Positions 40,907-56,217 of a stretch of DNA of 64,000 bases are shown here, in pieces. The notes under the pieces are model-generated. The model saw only the letters and a list, made by a program, of their open reading frames with translations. It was not told where the DNA came from and searched no databases. The stretch's first letter is position 1; the number at the start of each line of letters is the position of its first letter. The stretch comes from Eledone cirrhosa. Taxonomy: Eukaryota. The stretch covers positions 71,424,001 through 71,488,000 of the forward strand of contig OZ024747.1 in assembly GCA_964016885.1 (NCBI GenBank). The letters run 5' to 3'. A program made the translations under genes and the position numbers.

Positions 40907-40910
<4 letters not shown>
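40724..40910 (+). mobile_element. SINE family A, full-length
   Basis: ggtggattggcagtatcggtagag (A box) ... ttcaaatcccgccgagg ... gctggccttgtgccaaaaagtagaaacaatta. Confidence 0.85.
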
Positions 40911-40943
<33 letters not shown>

Positions 40944-40944
<1 letters not shown>

Positions 40945-42528
40945 TAGTTGGCCCGTCCGGCTGGCGGCCGGCTAGGAATACCGGCATTTTATCTTTTCAG
41001 GAATCCCCCCTACACTCCAGTGCAAAGATATCGCACGCCCTCTCAAGTCAGCGAGAGGAGAGGTTAACGTGCTCTTATGTTGGTTTGAATAGTTTTTAGG
41101 GTTCCCCAGTTCAGTAGCCAGTACGTTAAAGAAAATTGATAGTTTTAACAATAAAGGCTGAACAGAGAACACATTTTTTAACAAATAATAATTTGTACAA
41201 CCATAATGGAAATTTCAAGTAACAGAAAATATTTAAATTACATTGTTAGAGCCTCAGCGTATACAATATTTTTTGTTCGGCCCTCCGGAGCTCACCCTAG
41301 AGCATCCTACATACAATTGACCATGGGAGAAGCACTGATCTCGTAGCTCGTCTCGCGGAGAAGCTATGTAGACGTTGACCTCTGGACACTCCTGTCAGGA
41401 GCAGGTAAGCTGTAGTGACTTAGAGGCCTACCACCAATCTCCAGGACACTGTTTTCAAGACAAATGAGCGCCTCATTGAAAACGACATCGTATGTTACCT
41501 TCGGATTGTGTCAGCGTGTGCGGTGGAGGATGTCCTCTGCTAGATTTTCACGGTGGTTGTTCCACAGTGCGAGAGGGTCGGCGAGATCGCAGTTGTGCAG
41601 CATAATAGCAAAAGGTTTTCGCAGCTGAGAAGGGACTTTAGCAGTTGATGCTTCTTGCAGGGTGAGGTGCCAATGGCTGTCATCGTGTAACATACCACGC
41701 ATCTGGCAATCCAAACGGCAAGTGGAACATTGATGGCCATTGATGGTTCTCAGATCTTGGAAAGACTGTGGTCCTCTAACCTCGAACAGTAACAATGACG
41801 ATAAGCCATCTGTGCTTTCGTGAAATAAATAGATTCTTTTGTTTTTGTGTAATGCAAAAATATCTGTACACGAATATTTAAAGTTTAAGCAAAGAATCGC
41901 TGCTTTCACCCTTAATGGGATCTTCTGAAACTAAAAAAATCCGTCTGTGAACGCAGAAGTAAATATATTCGAAAAACGTTATCTAATGCAGACAGCCAGA
42001 CATACAAAGACATATTATAAGGGTGCTACGTTATAGCTATGAATCTATCTAAAAAGACAGACTAAGAAAAAAAGGGGAATGTTGTGCGACGTCATAAGAA
42101 AAAGTGAGGAATGATGTATAACCGGAAGTGTTCACATTTGAAATTTTAAAGAAGTGAATATTTAAATAATTGTTTCTACTTTAGGCACAAGGCCAGCAAT
42201 TATCCAGTGCATTACTGGTACTTTATTTTATCGACCCCGTAAGGATGAAAGGCAAAGTCAACCTCGGCGGGATTTGAACTCAGATCGTAAAGGGACGTAA
42301 CTATGCTGGAAAGCATGGCGTCCGACCCTCTACCGATACTGCCAATCCACCGCCTTGTGAATATTTAAATAATGCCTTTAATCTTTCAACAAAATTCAGT
42401 AGACAAAAGTACCCTCACTTTTTTACTTGGAAAAAGTTACATCTATGGTGCAAATTTGGTGCTGTTTGGTCCAGCCGTTTAGTGGAAAGTTTGTTACCTA
42501 CATATGGCCGTCAGCTTTATAGTATAGA
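40944..42528 (-). mobile_element. non-autonomous (internally deleted) Helitron
   Basis: - strand begins A|TCTATACTATAAAGC and ends with a GC hairpin (CCGGC/GCCGG) then CTAG|T; RepHel remnants LLLFEVRGPQSFQDLRTING...LRKPFAIML...DPLALW...LAEDIL (41511-41909) and EGRTKNIVYAEAL (~41240-41290). Confidence 0.9.
42171..42356 (-). mobile_element. SINE family A inserted in the Helitron, with a 17 bp target-site duplication
   Basis: GTGAATATTTAAATAAT at 42154-42170 and 42357-42373. Confidence 0.9.
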
Positions 42529-42829
42529 TAACAGCTAGAAGACAATCTTGGGTTGATTTTTTCTATGAGCGAGTACATTTATTTATCATTATATATATGT
42601 AATTTTGCCTTTCATCCTTACAGGGTCGATAAAATAAAGTACCAGTAATGTACTGGGTAATTGCTGGCCTTGTGCCAAAAGTAGAAACGATTATATATAT
42701 GTACTTGATACTAGTTATTTCTCAACTAGATATACAAAAGAGGCTTTTTCGTATATCGTTTTAAATTTGTATGGATTATGCTCTCAATTTAATGTTCATT
42801 GAGCTTTTTTTTGTTGAGTAACTTAATCA

Positions 42830-42877
<48 letters not shown>

Positions 42878-42940
42878 GGTTAAATCTGTACATATATAAT
42901 GTATATTGATTAATGTATATTGATTATGTAAATATATATA

Positions 42941-43120
42941 TAACGAAGGTAGTGTGGTAAGGAACCAGGTGGGCATAACGCACCAGAGTACTCGATACTT
43001 AGGGTAGTAGAGTGGGTAATAGGAAAAGAGTCAGGACCCCGATGGCTCTCCTGCCGTTTCGACAGCTAGATCTAGTTGTCGAAACGGCCGAAGCTCAGCC
43101 GTCGTGGTCCTGATTCTTTT

Positions 43121-43125
<5 letters not shown>
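42941..43125. mobile_element. family P1 fold-back element between (TA)n tracts
   Basis: homologous to 11451-11646 in the opposite orientation; hairpin centre gccgtttcgacagctagatctagttgtcgaaacggc. Confidence 0.75.
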
Positions 43126-43155
<30 letters not shown>

Positions 43156-43290
43156 CATTATAAAGAAAGAAGAAACATTAGATATAATTAATAAGATATA
43201 CCATACCTAAATTCCTTAATTATCCTCGACTACGTAGTTTCGTGGCTATTATGCAAAAACACTACATCACAGATGTATGGTTTTTGCATA

Positions 43291-43549
43291 AATGGTATTA
43301 TAATGAAATAGTATGATAGAATATTAAATGTTAAGTGTTAATTGAACAAGTACTTTCATGCTTTCGTAATCTTCAGGTTCATAATGTGTGGTGACAGTCA
43401 AGTTTGCAATTTTCAACTGACAATTGAAAATTGCAAACTTGACTGTCACCACACATTATGAACCTGAAGATTGCGAAAGCATGAAAGTATTTGTTCAATT
43501 AACACTTAACATTTAATATTCTATCATACTATTTCATTATAATACCATT
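43291..43549. mobile_element. ~259 bp palindrome (7 nt loop) with a minimal hammerhead in each arm (family P4)
   Basis: arms 43291-43416 and 43424-43549; + arm TGAAC-CTGAAGA-T-TGC-GAAA-GCA-T-GAAA-GTAT-TT-GTTCA (43459-43497); - arm has palindromic AGTACT helix III. Confidence 0.85.
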
Positions 43550-43644
43550 ATAAATTTTAAAAGATTGTAAATAAAACGAGTAAATCAGACAAAGTTGGAA
43601 TTCCTCTTATTAATATAATCTTCTATACACAATCATACACACCC

Positions 43645-43689
<45 letters not shown>

Positions 43690-44388
43690 AAGACTGGCAT
43701 TAAGCTTTGGCGTTGCAAAAACGTTAGTGACGTTCCCTAATGGTCTGAGTTCAAATTCCGCCAGTGGGAATTTTGAAATTCATCCATCATAAGCATTAGG
43801 CAACCATTCAACCATTTAGCCCTGCATCTTGATCTGATGTGATAAACTGTTATAATAGCAAATTATGAAGAATAAAATGATTGGAGGATTATGAAGCTTA
43901 TTGGTCTATAGTGAGGATTATAAAGATAATTTCTCTATATCAGGAATGGTGATTTAATATTTTGTATATTTAATATTTTGTATATTTTAGTATTTTGAAA
44001 AGCCGCGTAGTCATAAGAGTGATTCAATAGGATCGCATTGAAGAAAATGTTATTAGATATTGAAAAAATTGTAATTAAATTTATTGTAAGCTTTCACTTG
44101 TATATATTCAAGTAAGAAATTAAATGTAAACTTGATTTTATACATATTTTTGTGACAATTTAAGAACATTAGAATAAATATAATACTATGGTTTCAATAA
44201 AAATGTTGTTATTTCTTTTATTCAAAATCGAGACATCATCTTAGAGACATTTAAAATGTTGAGTACAGCTGTATGGATAGCAGGTTCCACATATAAAGAA
44301 TTTTGAAGGCATCTGTAAAAAAAAGAAAGATTTATGGTGCTAGAATGAGATTAATATTTATAGAAAGATTATATATAGTAGTTAATAT

Positions 44389-44582
44389 CAGACCTTTCAA
44401 CTTCTAAAATCCCAAACGGGGAGTACCATGAAAAGAAGTGCCCCAAAACGGGGAGAAATGAGATAAAATGTGGAAATTTTACATAATGAAAGCTATATCC
44501 ATTTTCACAAGAGAAGATATCTTTTCCCCACCTAAAGTGGGTGGGAGATCTCCCCGTCGAACCGAGAGAGTTGACAGGTCTA
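44389..44582. mobile_element. probable MITE (hAT-like)
   Basis: cagacctttcaact ... agttgacaggtcta imperfect TIRs; TAATAT on both flanks. Confidence 0.45.
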
Positions 44583-47529
44583 TAATATGAAGCAATCAGA
44601 CTTAATTTTCTTTATATATAAATAGTATTTTAAAAGATAAGAAACCCCAGAAATTACTATCACCATTTTTAAAGGTTATATAGGAAAATGTAAGGAGGAC
44701 GAGCAGAGGGATTTTATGAATGTACGGGATAAGAGGTTAAGATGATAATTTTAAGATATATTGAATTCCTCATAAGAGTATAAAGCTACAATATTTACAA
44801 CCTTGACTATCCAGTTTTAGTTTTCAAAGGTGATGTATCTGCGATTACATTATTTCCTGTGTCCTTACATTTGAATACGGTTTGATGTTAGTTATAGGAG
44901 GTTAGCTTCTAATTCTAGCAGATCGAGTAACTACATAAAGACTTTGTCGAATAACTTGGTCCTATTAGTGACACATATTCCTTCCACTAGGATGTAGATA
45001 AAAAAAAAGAGGGATTGATTTCAACGGTATGATGATTGCTTTCCTTTAACAACAATGCCTAATTAAGAACCAATGCTTGCATTCATCTATATACTTTATC
45101 AATATATTCTTTATTCGAAAATCCTTGTTTACCTTATTATTTCGCTTTGCATTTTCTTTTTAGTTCTTCCGAGGTATATATTGCAGACAACACAGCGAAT
45201 GTTTTAATCAAACGAAAATCTGATCGAGACGGAAGAGTTGACCAACGAGAAACAAAATTAGTTACAGTGGATGGCCTCTTAAGATTATTGGCTGCAGGTT
45301 ACAATTCACCTAATAAATCTTGTTTATAGGAACGCTAAGAAGGTTTACAAAAATACAAGTTTCTAAACACTTACATCGGTCTTTTATCATCCTTTTTCTC
45401 TCCCCGCCTCCTTCCTATGTAGTCTTTCTATATGGTTTTTCTCTTTCTTTTTTATTTATTTCTCTGTCTTTATCATTATCTTTATCACACTCACTTGATT
45501 TTCCTGAACGCCAAGAGAAGCAAGTGAGTGTGATAAAGATATTTAGGAAGATGTCTAAATGGATGTATGTCTTTGAAGGTCAGTGTGAAGGGTCACACTG
45601 CTATCCGCCTCAAAGACATTCATATCCAAACAGCAGGACTGTATCTGAACTGATTGTTTAATAGCAAGAAATGCAGCCAGGAGAATGAAGCTTTTATTGC
45701 TTTCTTTCTATCCTTCTTTTTACCTTCTTTCTCGCTTCCTTTATTTTTACTATTTCTGTTTTACTTGTTGTGGTTTTTTATTTATTTTTATTTTGTTTTG
45801 TTGTTGTTTTTTCGTTTTGTTTTTTTACAATCTCTTCACGTGATTTTCTTGATGTATTTTATTTAGTTTCACTCAAGAAATGCTGTTGCCGACTCAGTTG
45901 GTGTTACAGCCATTGCTGGTGGTTGTGCTTGTAATCATCATCTGACAAAAGAATATGATTCTGAAGAAAACATTTGTGCTATTAACTGTGATTTATTCAG
46001 CACTAATGAAATAGCTTTTTATTCGCTTCATTCTCGAAAAGAGTTTCCGGTATCGTATAGTAAACAATCCATATGACATCGGGGGACACAACGATATATT
46101 AGACCAAATAGGCTTCCCGTGTACACCCAACTGTTTTAACTTGTAAATTTATCCAACGGATATTATTTAAAATAAAATTTACCACAATTGCACAAGACCA
46201 CAGGTTTGTAACGAAAGACAGGGTATTGTAGATCAAATCAACTCCATGAAATATCTTACATTAATTTAACTGACTCCAGATAAATAATAATTGTTTCTAC
46301 TTTTGGCACAAGGCCAGCAATTATCCAGTTCATTACTGGTACTTTATTTTATCGACCTGGTAAGGATGAAAGGCAAAGTTAACCTCGTTAAATAATAATG
46401 CTACCTTCCGTGGAATTTGATCTCTATGAGTATAAGAGCAATAAATATATGGTCTATCTCTCTATCGTTCTTGCTACTTTCTCTGTATTTATGTTCATTA
46501 TGAAAAAGTTTATCACGTCAGCAAGAAGCCATGTATTTGTTGGAAAGAGGTTTGGTTCATTAACTCAATGTCAACACAAACCTAGCACATAGTTTACTGG
46601 CCAAGGGAAGAGAAAAAAACAGGATATCAGTTCAATACGTAGAATGGCCAAAATCAATACTCAGGCCTATTTCACACAGGACTGTATCAGATATGTATCT
46701 CTAACATCTTTGTATCAATTATAATACACTATAGTGGATACAGCGTAGTCGAATAGTTAAGAAGTTCGTTTCACAATAATCAAGTCCTAGGTTCGATTTC
46801 AAGTGTCATTTACCATAACCTCAAGTAACTCTATATATTGTGGATGAAATTTACCTGGCGGAAAATGTTTGAAACCCCGTTAAATGGACTGTACCAGTAA
46901 TTCCAAGGGTCGCACAATGTCATGCCAAATCTCCCCGAGAATTTGTTATGAGAAAATGTGTCTGTGGTATGCTCAAACATTTACTCGTTAATTTCATGAG
47001 TTGGGTGGTTTATTGATCGAACAACAGGATCACCCATCGTCAAAACTGACGCACATCCATTCCAATGCACTATATGTATATATAATATCTCAAGGATATT
47101 CATAGCTGACTGGATTTATACGATTGAGTTGTTTTGACATATTTCCTCCTTTTCTGTCTAGCATTTGTTCAATCTGATAATTAGTTTCATTCTTAAGTAT
47201 TTGCTCTCAAAAATAATCAATTTCTCTTCTCTGTTTCTGGTTCAGAACCATATAAGAGTAACACGAATATATTAGACTTAAAGAAGTTAATTATTGTCTT
47301 ACGTTCAATGTTTCCATTTCTCCAAATGCTCTTTAATATTTCTTCACTTTATATTTCCAATCATCGTCTCCTTCATTATATTTCGATTTTATATTGATTT
47401 TAAATAATCCGGTCCAACGTATCTTCTTTAGTTTGGCATATTGTTAATGTTATACTATATTGTTTAACTTTCAGTATAAGACTTCTATAATCCCTTATCC
47501 TCCTACTAAAACCACCACCAACACCCAAT

Positions 47530-47768
47530 ACTACTACTACTACAAATTACTACTACTACTACTACTACTACTGCTACTACTGTTTCTGGTACTACTACTG
47601 CTGCTACTAGTACAACTGCTGATGCTACTACTACTACTACTACTGTTACTGGTTATGCTACAACTGCCAATATTGCTGCTGCTGCTGCTACTACTACTGT
47701 TACTGGTACTGCTACAACTACCAACACTGCTGCTACTACTGCTACTACTACTATTAGTACTAGTACTA
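47530..47768. repeat. (CTA)n/(CTG)n degenerate trinucleotide tract
   Basis: direct reading. Confidence 0.9.
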
Positions 47769-50144
47769 CTTTATTTTTCATAATGCTTCTATAATATATT
47801 TACTACAACCTATTTTATTGTATTTCTTCTGTACAGTTGTTCTCCTCCATTTGGTGCTGGGTATAGAGACTGTTAATTGCTGTTTAACTTTATACTTGGT
47901 TGTTCAAGACTCGACATTACTTTCTTTCCCTTTGGGATCGATAAAATGAATACAAATTATGTCCTGGGATCGAGTCAATTGACTGTTTTGTTTTGGAGGT
48001 TTTTTTTAAGTTAGGACACCCTTATTTTCACGGCACAAGAGTTTATTTTATATTACAAATTTTATTGACTGTTTTTTTTTTTCGATCTAATGCAGACCAT
48101 CACCACTTTCCTTAGAATCTAGATGTGATATTGATACCCTTCTGCGCACCAAGTGAATTAATTCCTACCAAGGATCTAAAACAGGTTAGCATGGTTCAAT
48201 CAACGAAAACTTAAATGTGCAACACTTTACGAAAAATCCATTGTGAGTTCCAAATATCTCGTTATTCAATGACTCTGTATTTTTCCTTCTGAAAATGTAT
48301 TTAACTATTGTATTTCTGAGTTTTCCTGTATCTTTCAGTCCTATCAACATTAGTTGGGAAACAAGATTTACATGTTAGTATATGAAACAAATGATATTCT
48401 TTTTTCATATAAGTGCTTAACTTAAAATTTAATAAGGAATTCCTTGAAGACTATGTATAGGCCAGAGTCTTTATTTGGAATTGCTATTAAATAACATTTT
48501 TACTAACAATCAGCATTGCTCCAAGATATTATTTGCATTTTCCGATCTTTATGACCCCGATTTTCTGTATGAAACATTTTTCCTTGAATGTTTGCTAGAA
48601 GAATTAACTATATTAATAAGTTTAATCTAATGGTATGACGTAGTGCTCAATTATACATTCTATGAAATTTTAATACATATAGGCATCATATACAATACTA
48701 CACTCGATAACTAAATACTACTGAAGCTGTCATGTCACAGTTCTCCAAACACTGTGGACAAAACTGTAATATTATGTTTAGTTCACAGAAAAAATTAATT
48801 AGTGCATTGTAACTGGATATTTGACAAATATGTTGTGAAGCTTGGCGTCTGATCAAAATTGAGAGGCAACATAATTTCATAGTTTCCATTAATATCAGAA
48901 AGGGGTCTGTTACGAAAATCGAGTCAATAGAACCCCCCAGACCGGATGTACTAAGTATTTAGTTGAGTAAGTTACTATATTAAGTTCAAATCTCACCAGA
49001 GTCAGCTAAGTTCTACATCCCTCCGGGAATCGTTAAAATGAGTTCGACAAAGTTACTAGTGTCGATTCGATTGACTATATATTCCCCTAACAAGAGTTGG
49101 CTTATTGCCTAGACAAAGCAAATCAATTTTTTTTTTTTTTTTCCGTAGATATTGAACATAAAAATGAAACGTCTGTTTGGTCATGTCGATAGAGTTGATG
49201 TGTATTTAACAAATAATACATAACATAAGGCTATACTAATACAGTGAGATAGTTATTTGAAACAAAATTAAAAGTAGACATTGGTATATTTGACTAAACC
49301 ACAGCTGTACCGATGCATAGTATTATTGTATTGCCCTAAGCTCATCTACATATTTGGTTGATGACGGATACATCTACTATGTCAGTAATGTGTGTCTTGG
49401 CTTTCAATATTATTGATCATAAAAAGGCGCTGGATTGGCAGAATCATCAGAATGTCGACTGCAGACCTTTATGTTCTGAGTTCAAATCTCGCAGAGGTCA
49501 ATTTGCCTTTCATCCTAACGGTCGATAAAATAAAGTACCGATTTAATCGAATTTCCCCTCCTCGCAGATTGCTGTCCTTTTACAAATTCTTACCCAATAG
49601 AATTTTATTTTAATCAAGTCCAACTTATATCGCGATAGATTAGTAGTATCTAAATAGTTCTTCCGATTTAATTCGATTTTGTATATTTCAGGGAATAGAT
49701 ATACATATACGAATGAACTAGCTGCTCATTGGTTTATAGTCTAATGGGTTAAAAATTTGACAAATACTTGTATATTTCACGTAATCCTCATGCAGATTCA
49801 GAGTTGCACCGAGCGTGTGGAGGTTGGCCTTTCGAAATACCCAATTCTACTCACAAGACTTCCGTCAATACGAAACTATGATTGATGACACTTGCTCAAA
49901 GGACTTCATATTTAGGAATATAATACTGTATCTCATATACAGCATAAAACATTGTACGATATATATAATATAGGAATAATCTCTTATGTTTTTCTGTGTG
50001 CGAAGGATTATTTGAAAGTATTTACGTTTCGCAACTCATTCAGAGAAAAGAATACTAATTCAAAAATGGTAGTTATATCTATCTTAAGATCTCATTAAAC
50101 TTCAAATATACGCTGTTCTAGCATAAACAAATATTCATTATATA

Positions 50145-50191
<47 letters not shown>

Positions 50192-50216
50192 TTAATGAAT
50201 ATATATATATATATAT

Positions 50217-50391
50217 ATTCAAAATTGTAAGAAAGTCAAGGATACGAAATTATCATTTATTCATACATTTCTACAAACATTTCAACACTGCTAAAATATC
50301 ACATCGATGTGATATTTTAGCCGTGTTGAAACGTTCGTATTACTGTATGAATAAATGATATCATATCTTTGACATTCTTACAATCTTGAAT
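50217..50391. repeat. older imperfect palindrome next to (TA)n; includes a hammerhead-like 3' half (GAAACGTT)
   Basis: centre ctaaaatatcacat-cg-atgtgatattttag at 50305/50306. Confidence 0.75.
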
Positions 50392-50578
50392 TTTAAATGT
50401 TCTGCTACCTGAACCGCAATTATCAACAGCTAATTCCAGACTGAAACTAGCTGTTGAAACGGCAAGAGCTCAGCCTTTGGGGTTACGACTCTTTATAACA
50501 TAAGCATACTCTACTACCCCAAGTATCGAGTTATCTGGTGAGTAATGGTCTGACTAGTTTCAACATGAATCCATCCTG

Positions 50579-51053
<475 letters not shown>

Positions 51054-51348
51054 CATATATATACGTATGCATGTATAGGTATTTCTGTTTGTATTTGCAT
51101 GTATACGTGTGAGAAAACGGTACAAATGTAAGTATAAAGCCCTTTATTCTAGAAAACAACTTCAAAATGTTCTTAAGTTCAAAGTATCAACAAGACCGAT
51201 TATTGAACAAGATTCTTTTTTTTAATTCTTCTCAAACAATATTTACTTCAAAGTCTTTTCGATAGATATGAATAATTCTATGTGTGCGTATATGCCTGTG
51301 TATATATATATATATGTGTGTTTGTATGTCCGTGTATATGTATGTGTA

Positions 51349-51415
<67 letters not shown>

Positions 51416-51697
51416 CATATATATATATGTGTGTGTGTGAATGTGTGTAGATATATAAATGTTTATGCATGTGTCACCATCTGTACGTGTATGAATGAAT
51501 GTACCTGTCTGAGTATATATGAGTACATATATATGTATTTTTATCTGCCCAGTTACTTTTTCTTTTGAATAACTTTGAAACTTTATGTGCATTTGTGAGT
51601 GGGCGCGCGAAAGAATGCTACATGTTGTGAGAGAGAAAGAGAGAAGAAAAACTCTTCAACAATTCTCTTCTTTTTTCCTATGATAAACCCAGCTTCA

Positions 51698-51875
51698 TGA
51701 ATACGCACGTGTGTTTTTTTCTCCACATTTTTTCTCATCTTCCCCGTTCCTTCCTCTCATAACTCTTTACTTTCTATTTATCTTCTATTTATAATTCTAT
51801 CTTCTGATGAAGAACTAGTCTCAGAAACGTTTAGAGTCTCTTCCTGCTATTTTAAGCGTTAAACTAATATATATC
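51698..51875 (+). mobile_element. family P2 repeat with hammerhead core
   Basis: CTGATGA(51804)-agaactagtctca-GAAA-CG-TT; homologous to 31238-31412. Confidence 0.6.
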
Positions 51876-51994
51876 CTCAATATACTCTGTCGTATGTTTT
51901 GTTATTTTTGATATTTCTGTTTACCGTTTACGTATATATATATATATGTGTGTGTGTGTGTACCGATTGTATTGTTATTTCTGTTTACTTTTAC

Positions 51995-53067
<1,073 letters not shown>

Positions 53068-53086
53068 ATATATATATATATATATA

Positions 53087-53323
53087 AAGAAATAGGATTT
53101 CGCTTCAAGCATAGCGTTATACAATATGCATAAATATTTCGTATCCCCAAAGAAATACAGTTTTAGGAAGCCGTAGGTATGCAAACACCGAGGGGCTAAC
53201 GCCCTCTGGTGATGTCCAGCAGACGCAAGGGGGACAACCATCTATGCATTTCAGGCTTAACTGGCCTTCGTGTTAAGCCTGAAATGCATAGACGGTTGTC
53301 CCCCTTGATTCTGCTGGACATCA
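53087..53323. mobile_element. fold-back element between (TA)n tracts (hairpin 53210-53323) with a decayed hammerhead on -
   Basis: tgatgtccagcaga...caggcttaac[loop]gttaagcctg...tctgctggacatca; - strand ctaaaact-GTATTTC-ttt-GGGGATAC-GAAA-tattt at ~53132-53166. Confidence 0.7.
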
Positions 53324-53339
53324 TATATATATATACAAA

Positions 53340-53584
53340 CAACTGGTGCGTGTGTTCTTATTGGCAACATGACCCTCCCAAAGTATAACAATATCGGTTT
53401 CAACACACGTTTTCAGATAAAGAATCTTGCTAAACAAATTCAGAAACGAAATATATATACATATATATATACATATTTATATTTTTATATATATATATAT
53501 ATATATACATGTAAATAATTATATATTTATATATATATACATATATATATATATATACATATATATACACAGACACAGACACAG

Positions 53585-53656
<72 letters not shown>

Positions 53657-53900
53657 ATACTTTGGGAGGGTCATGTTGCCAATAAGAAACACACGCACCA
53701 GTTGCTTTCACTTCAATTTATTATTATAATAAATTTATAATAAATTTATAAATTTATTATAATAATAAATTGAAGTGAAAGCAACTGGTGCGTGTGTTTC
53801 TTATTGGCAACATGACCCTCCCAAAGTATAACAATATCGGTTTCAACACACGATTTTAGATAAAGAATCTTGCTAAACAAATTCAGAAGCGAAATATATA
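53340..53900. mobile_element. element with both direct and inverted copies (palindrome 53649-53837; direct copy 53340-53450)
   Basis: aactggtgcgtgtg...catgaccctcccaaagtataacaatat appears twice on + and once on -; decayed hammerhead CTGAAAA-CGTGTGTT-GAAA on - at ~53398-53416. Confidence 0.75.
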
Positions 53901-53959
53901 TATATTCATATATATATATATAATAGGAAGAGCGAGAGCGATGTAGAGTCTAGATAAAT

Positions 53960-54150
53960 AATAACTGTTTCTACTTTGGCAAGAGGCCAGCAATTACCCC
54001 ATTGCAATACTGGTACTTTATTTTATCGACCCCGTGAAGATGAAAGGCAAAGTTAACCTGCCCGGGATTTGAACTCAGACCATAAAGGGGCGTAACTCTA
54101 TGCTGCAAAGCATGGCATCTGACCATCTAGCGATACTGCCAATCCTCCGA
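53960..54150 (-). mobile_element. SINE family A
   Basis: matches the family consensus. Confidence 0.8.
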
Positions 54151-54363
54151 AATAAATTTAGGCCAATATGAGTTGTAAATGCATCATGTGGTAACTCCAG
54201 TATAACATATGTGTATGTAGGAATTATATTTATGCAGATATGTATATTAGTTTAATGGAGAGTAACAAATGCTTACACATATAATTATTTCTCCTTTTGG
54301 CACAAGGCCGACAATTATCCCAATAAGACATACATATCATACATACATACATACATACATACA

Positions 54364-54396
<33 letters not shown>

Positions 54397-54397
<1 letters not shown>

Positions 54398-55180
54398 AAA
54401 AAAAGCCTGGCATGGAGTTCCGACAAGTTTATGACATCACACCTTGAGGGATATCTCTATGCAATACAGGAACAAGAACTCCCTACCAAATATCTGCTGC
54501 ACAAAAGAGGAGGGCCAGCAGCTGACAATAAATGTAGGCTATGTAAAATAAAGATCGAGGATGTAAGCCACATTGTTGCCAGCTGCGAAAGAATGTCATC
54601 TCGCTACTACCTCCCCATGAGACACGATGGGATAGCTAGAACCATCTGGAACGCACTTCGGAAAACAAAATTAAAAACAAACGAGGAAGAATATATTGAG
54701 ACAGATGGCACTAAGGAATACTGGTGGAACCTGAAAATAAAAACTGCCACCAAATTAAAGCACCAGCGGCCTAATATTGTTGTTTGGGACCACACATTGA
54801 AAACGTGTTCTGTTGTGGAGATCAGCTGCCCACTTGATGTAAACGTTGTCAGAAAAATACAGAAGGAGGACATCTACGGACCATTGATGAGGAGTTTACA
54901 AATCCAGTATCCAAGATACACCTTTAGCTTCATACCCATCATTATTGGAGCTACGGGTTATATACCAACCCGCTTGGACCAAAGTATGACTGAACTTGGA
55001 TTTGCGGACAAAGAGCGCAGCTCCCTAATTCATAGTCTACAAATGGCTGCGATAGCTGGCACCTTCAAAATTTGCAAAATATTCTTGCGATTCAAGGGAT
55101 GACAATTTCTTTTCTTTTACAACCTTGCCACCAGGAAGGTGGCCGGTCAAAAAAATATGCTCGAAATTAAGAGAAAGAGA
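54397..55180 (+). mobile_element. 5'-truncated RLE-type (R4/Dong-like) non-LTR retrotransposon within (CATA)n
   Basis: LEGYLYAIQEQELPTKY, CRLC-EDVSHIVASC (CCHC), RHD, RPNIVVWD...VVEISCP...KEDIY (PD-(D/E)xK nuclease with PD changed to PN); stop at 55102. Confidence 0.85.
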
Positions 55181-55255
55181 TAACATACATGCATATATGT
55201 AAGAGATAACATACATGCATATATGTATGTATATATATATATATATATATATATA

Positions 55256-55476
55256 AAAGCTTCACGGCACAGGCATTGCTTTCTATCTGGAGATCTCTCA
55301 GCACTTATCGTCACATGGTACCATGGGCCCAGCACTATGTATCAATAATTGTCACAAGTGTAGTGTTTGTACCAGAGTTTTCAAGTCGCTGGCTGGACTA
55401 AAAAATCACACTCGTTCAGCGCATCGGTAGGGGTTCTCCTACATGGATATAAAGAAAACGAGTTGGCAGCCACCAT
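55256..55476 (+). mobile_element. RTE/BovB-like LINE 3' end with (TACA)n tail
   Basis: 55356-55430 reads KCSVCTRVFKSLAGLKNHTRSAHR* (terminal C2H2), then a short UTR and (TACA)n. Confidence 0.65.
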
Positions 55477-55798
55477 ATACATACATGCATACATACAAAC
55501 ATACATACAGACATACAAACATACATAATACATACATGTATATATTTATGTACGTGTGCATACATATATACATACATGCATACATATGTATGTACGTATG
55601 TATGTACATACATACGTACATACATACATACACACATACATACACACATATATACATACATACATACATACATACATACATACATACATACATACATACA
55701 TACATACATACATACTTGTATGCATATATGTATGTACGTGTGCATACATATATGCAGACATATACTTAGAGACAAACATGCATGCATACTTATATACA

Positions 55799-55904
<106 letters not shown>

Positions 55905-56080
55905 GTTCTTTATGTAATGCCTACTTGCGAGAAGAGAACGAGAATATGTAGGAATTACAGGAATATAAAACGAAGAATGAGGCATAAAAGAATGTATATA
56001 TAATTTGAAATATGTTATTAGCCTCATATATATATATATGAGGCTAATAATGTATATATATATATATACATATATCCACC

Positions 56081-56149
<69 letters not shown>

Positions 56150-56182
56150 ATGTATATATACATATATGTTTGTGTGTATATG

Positions 56183-56217
<35 letters not shown>

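Noticed and set aside
47460-47783. Poly-Leu membrane-protein-like ORF
   Set aside because: Translation of a (CTA/CTG)n repeat
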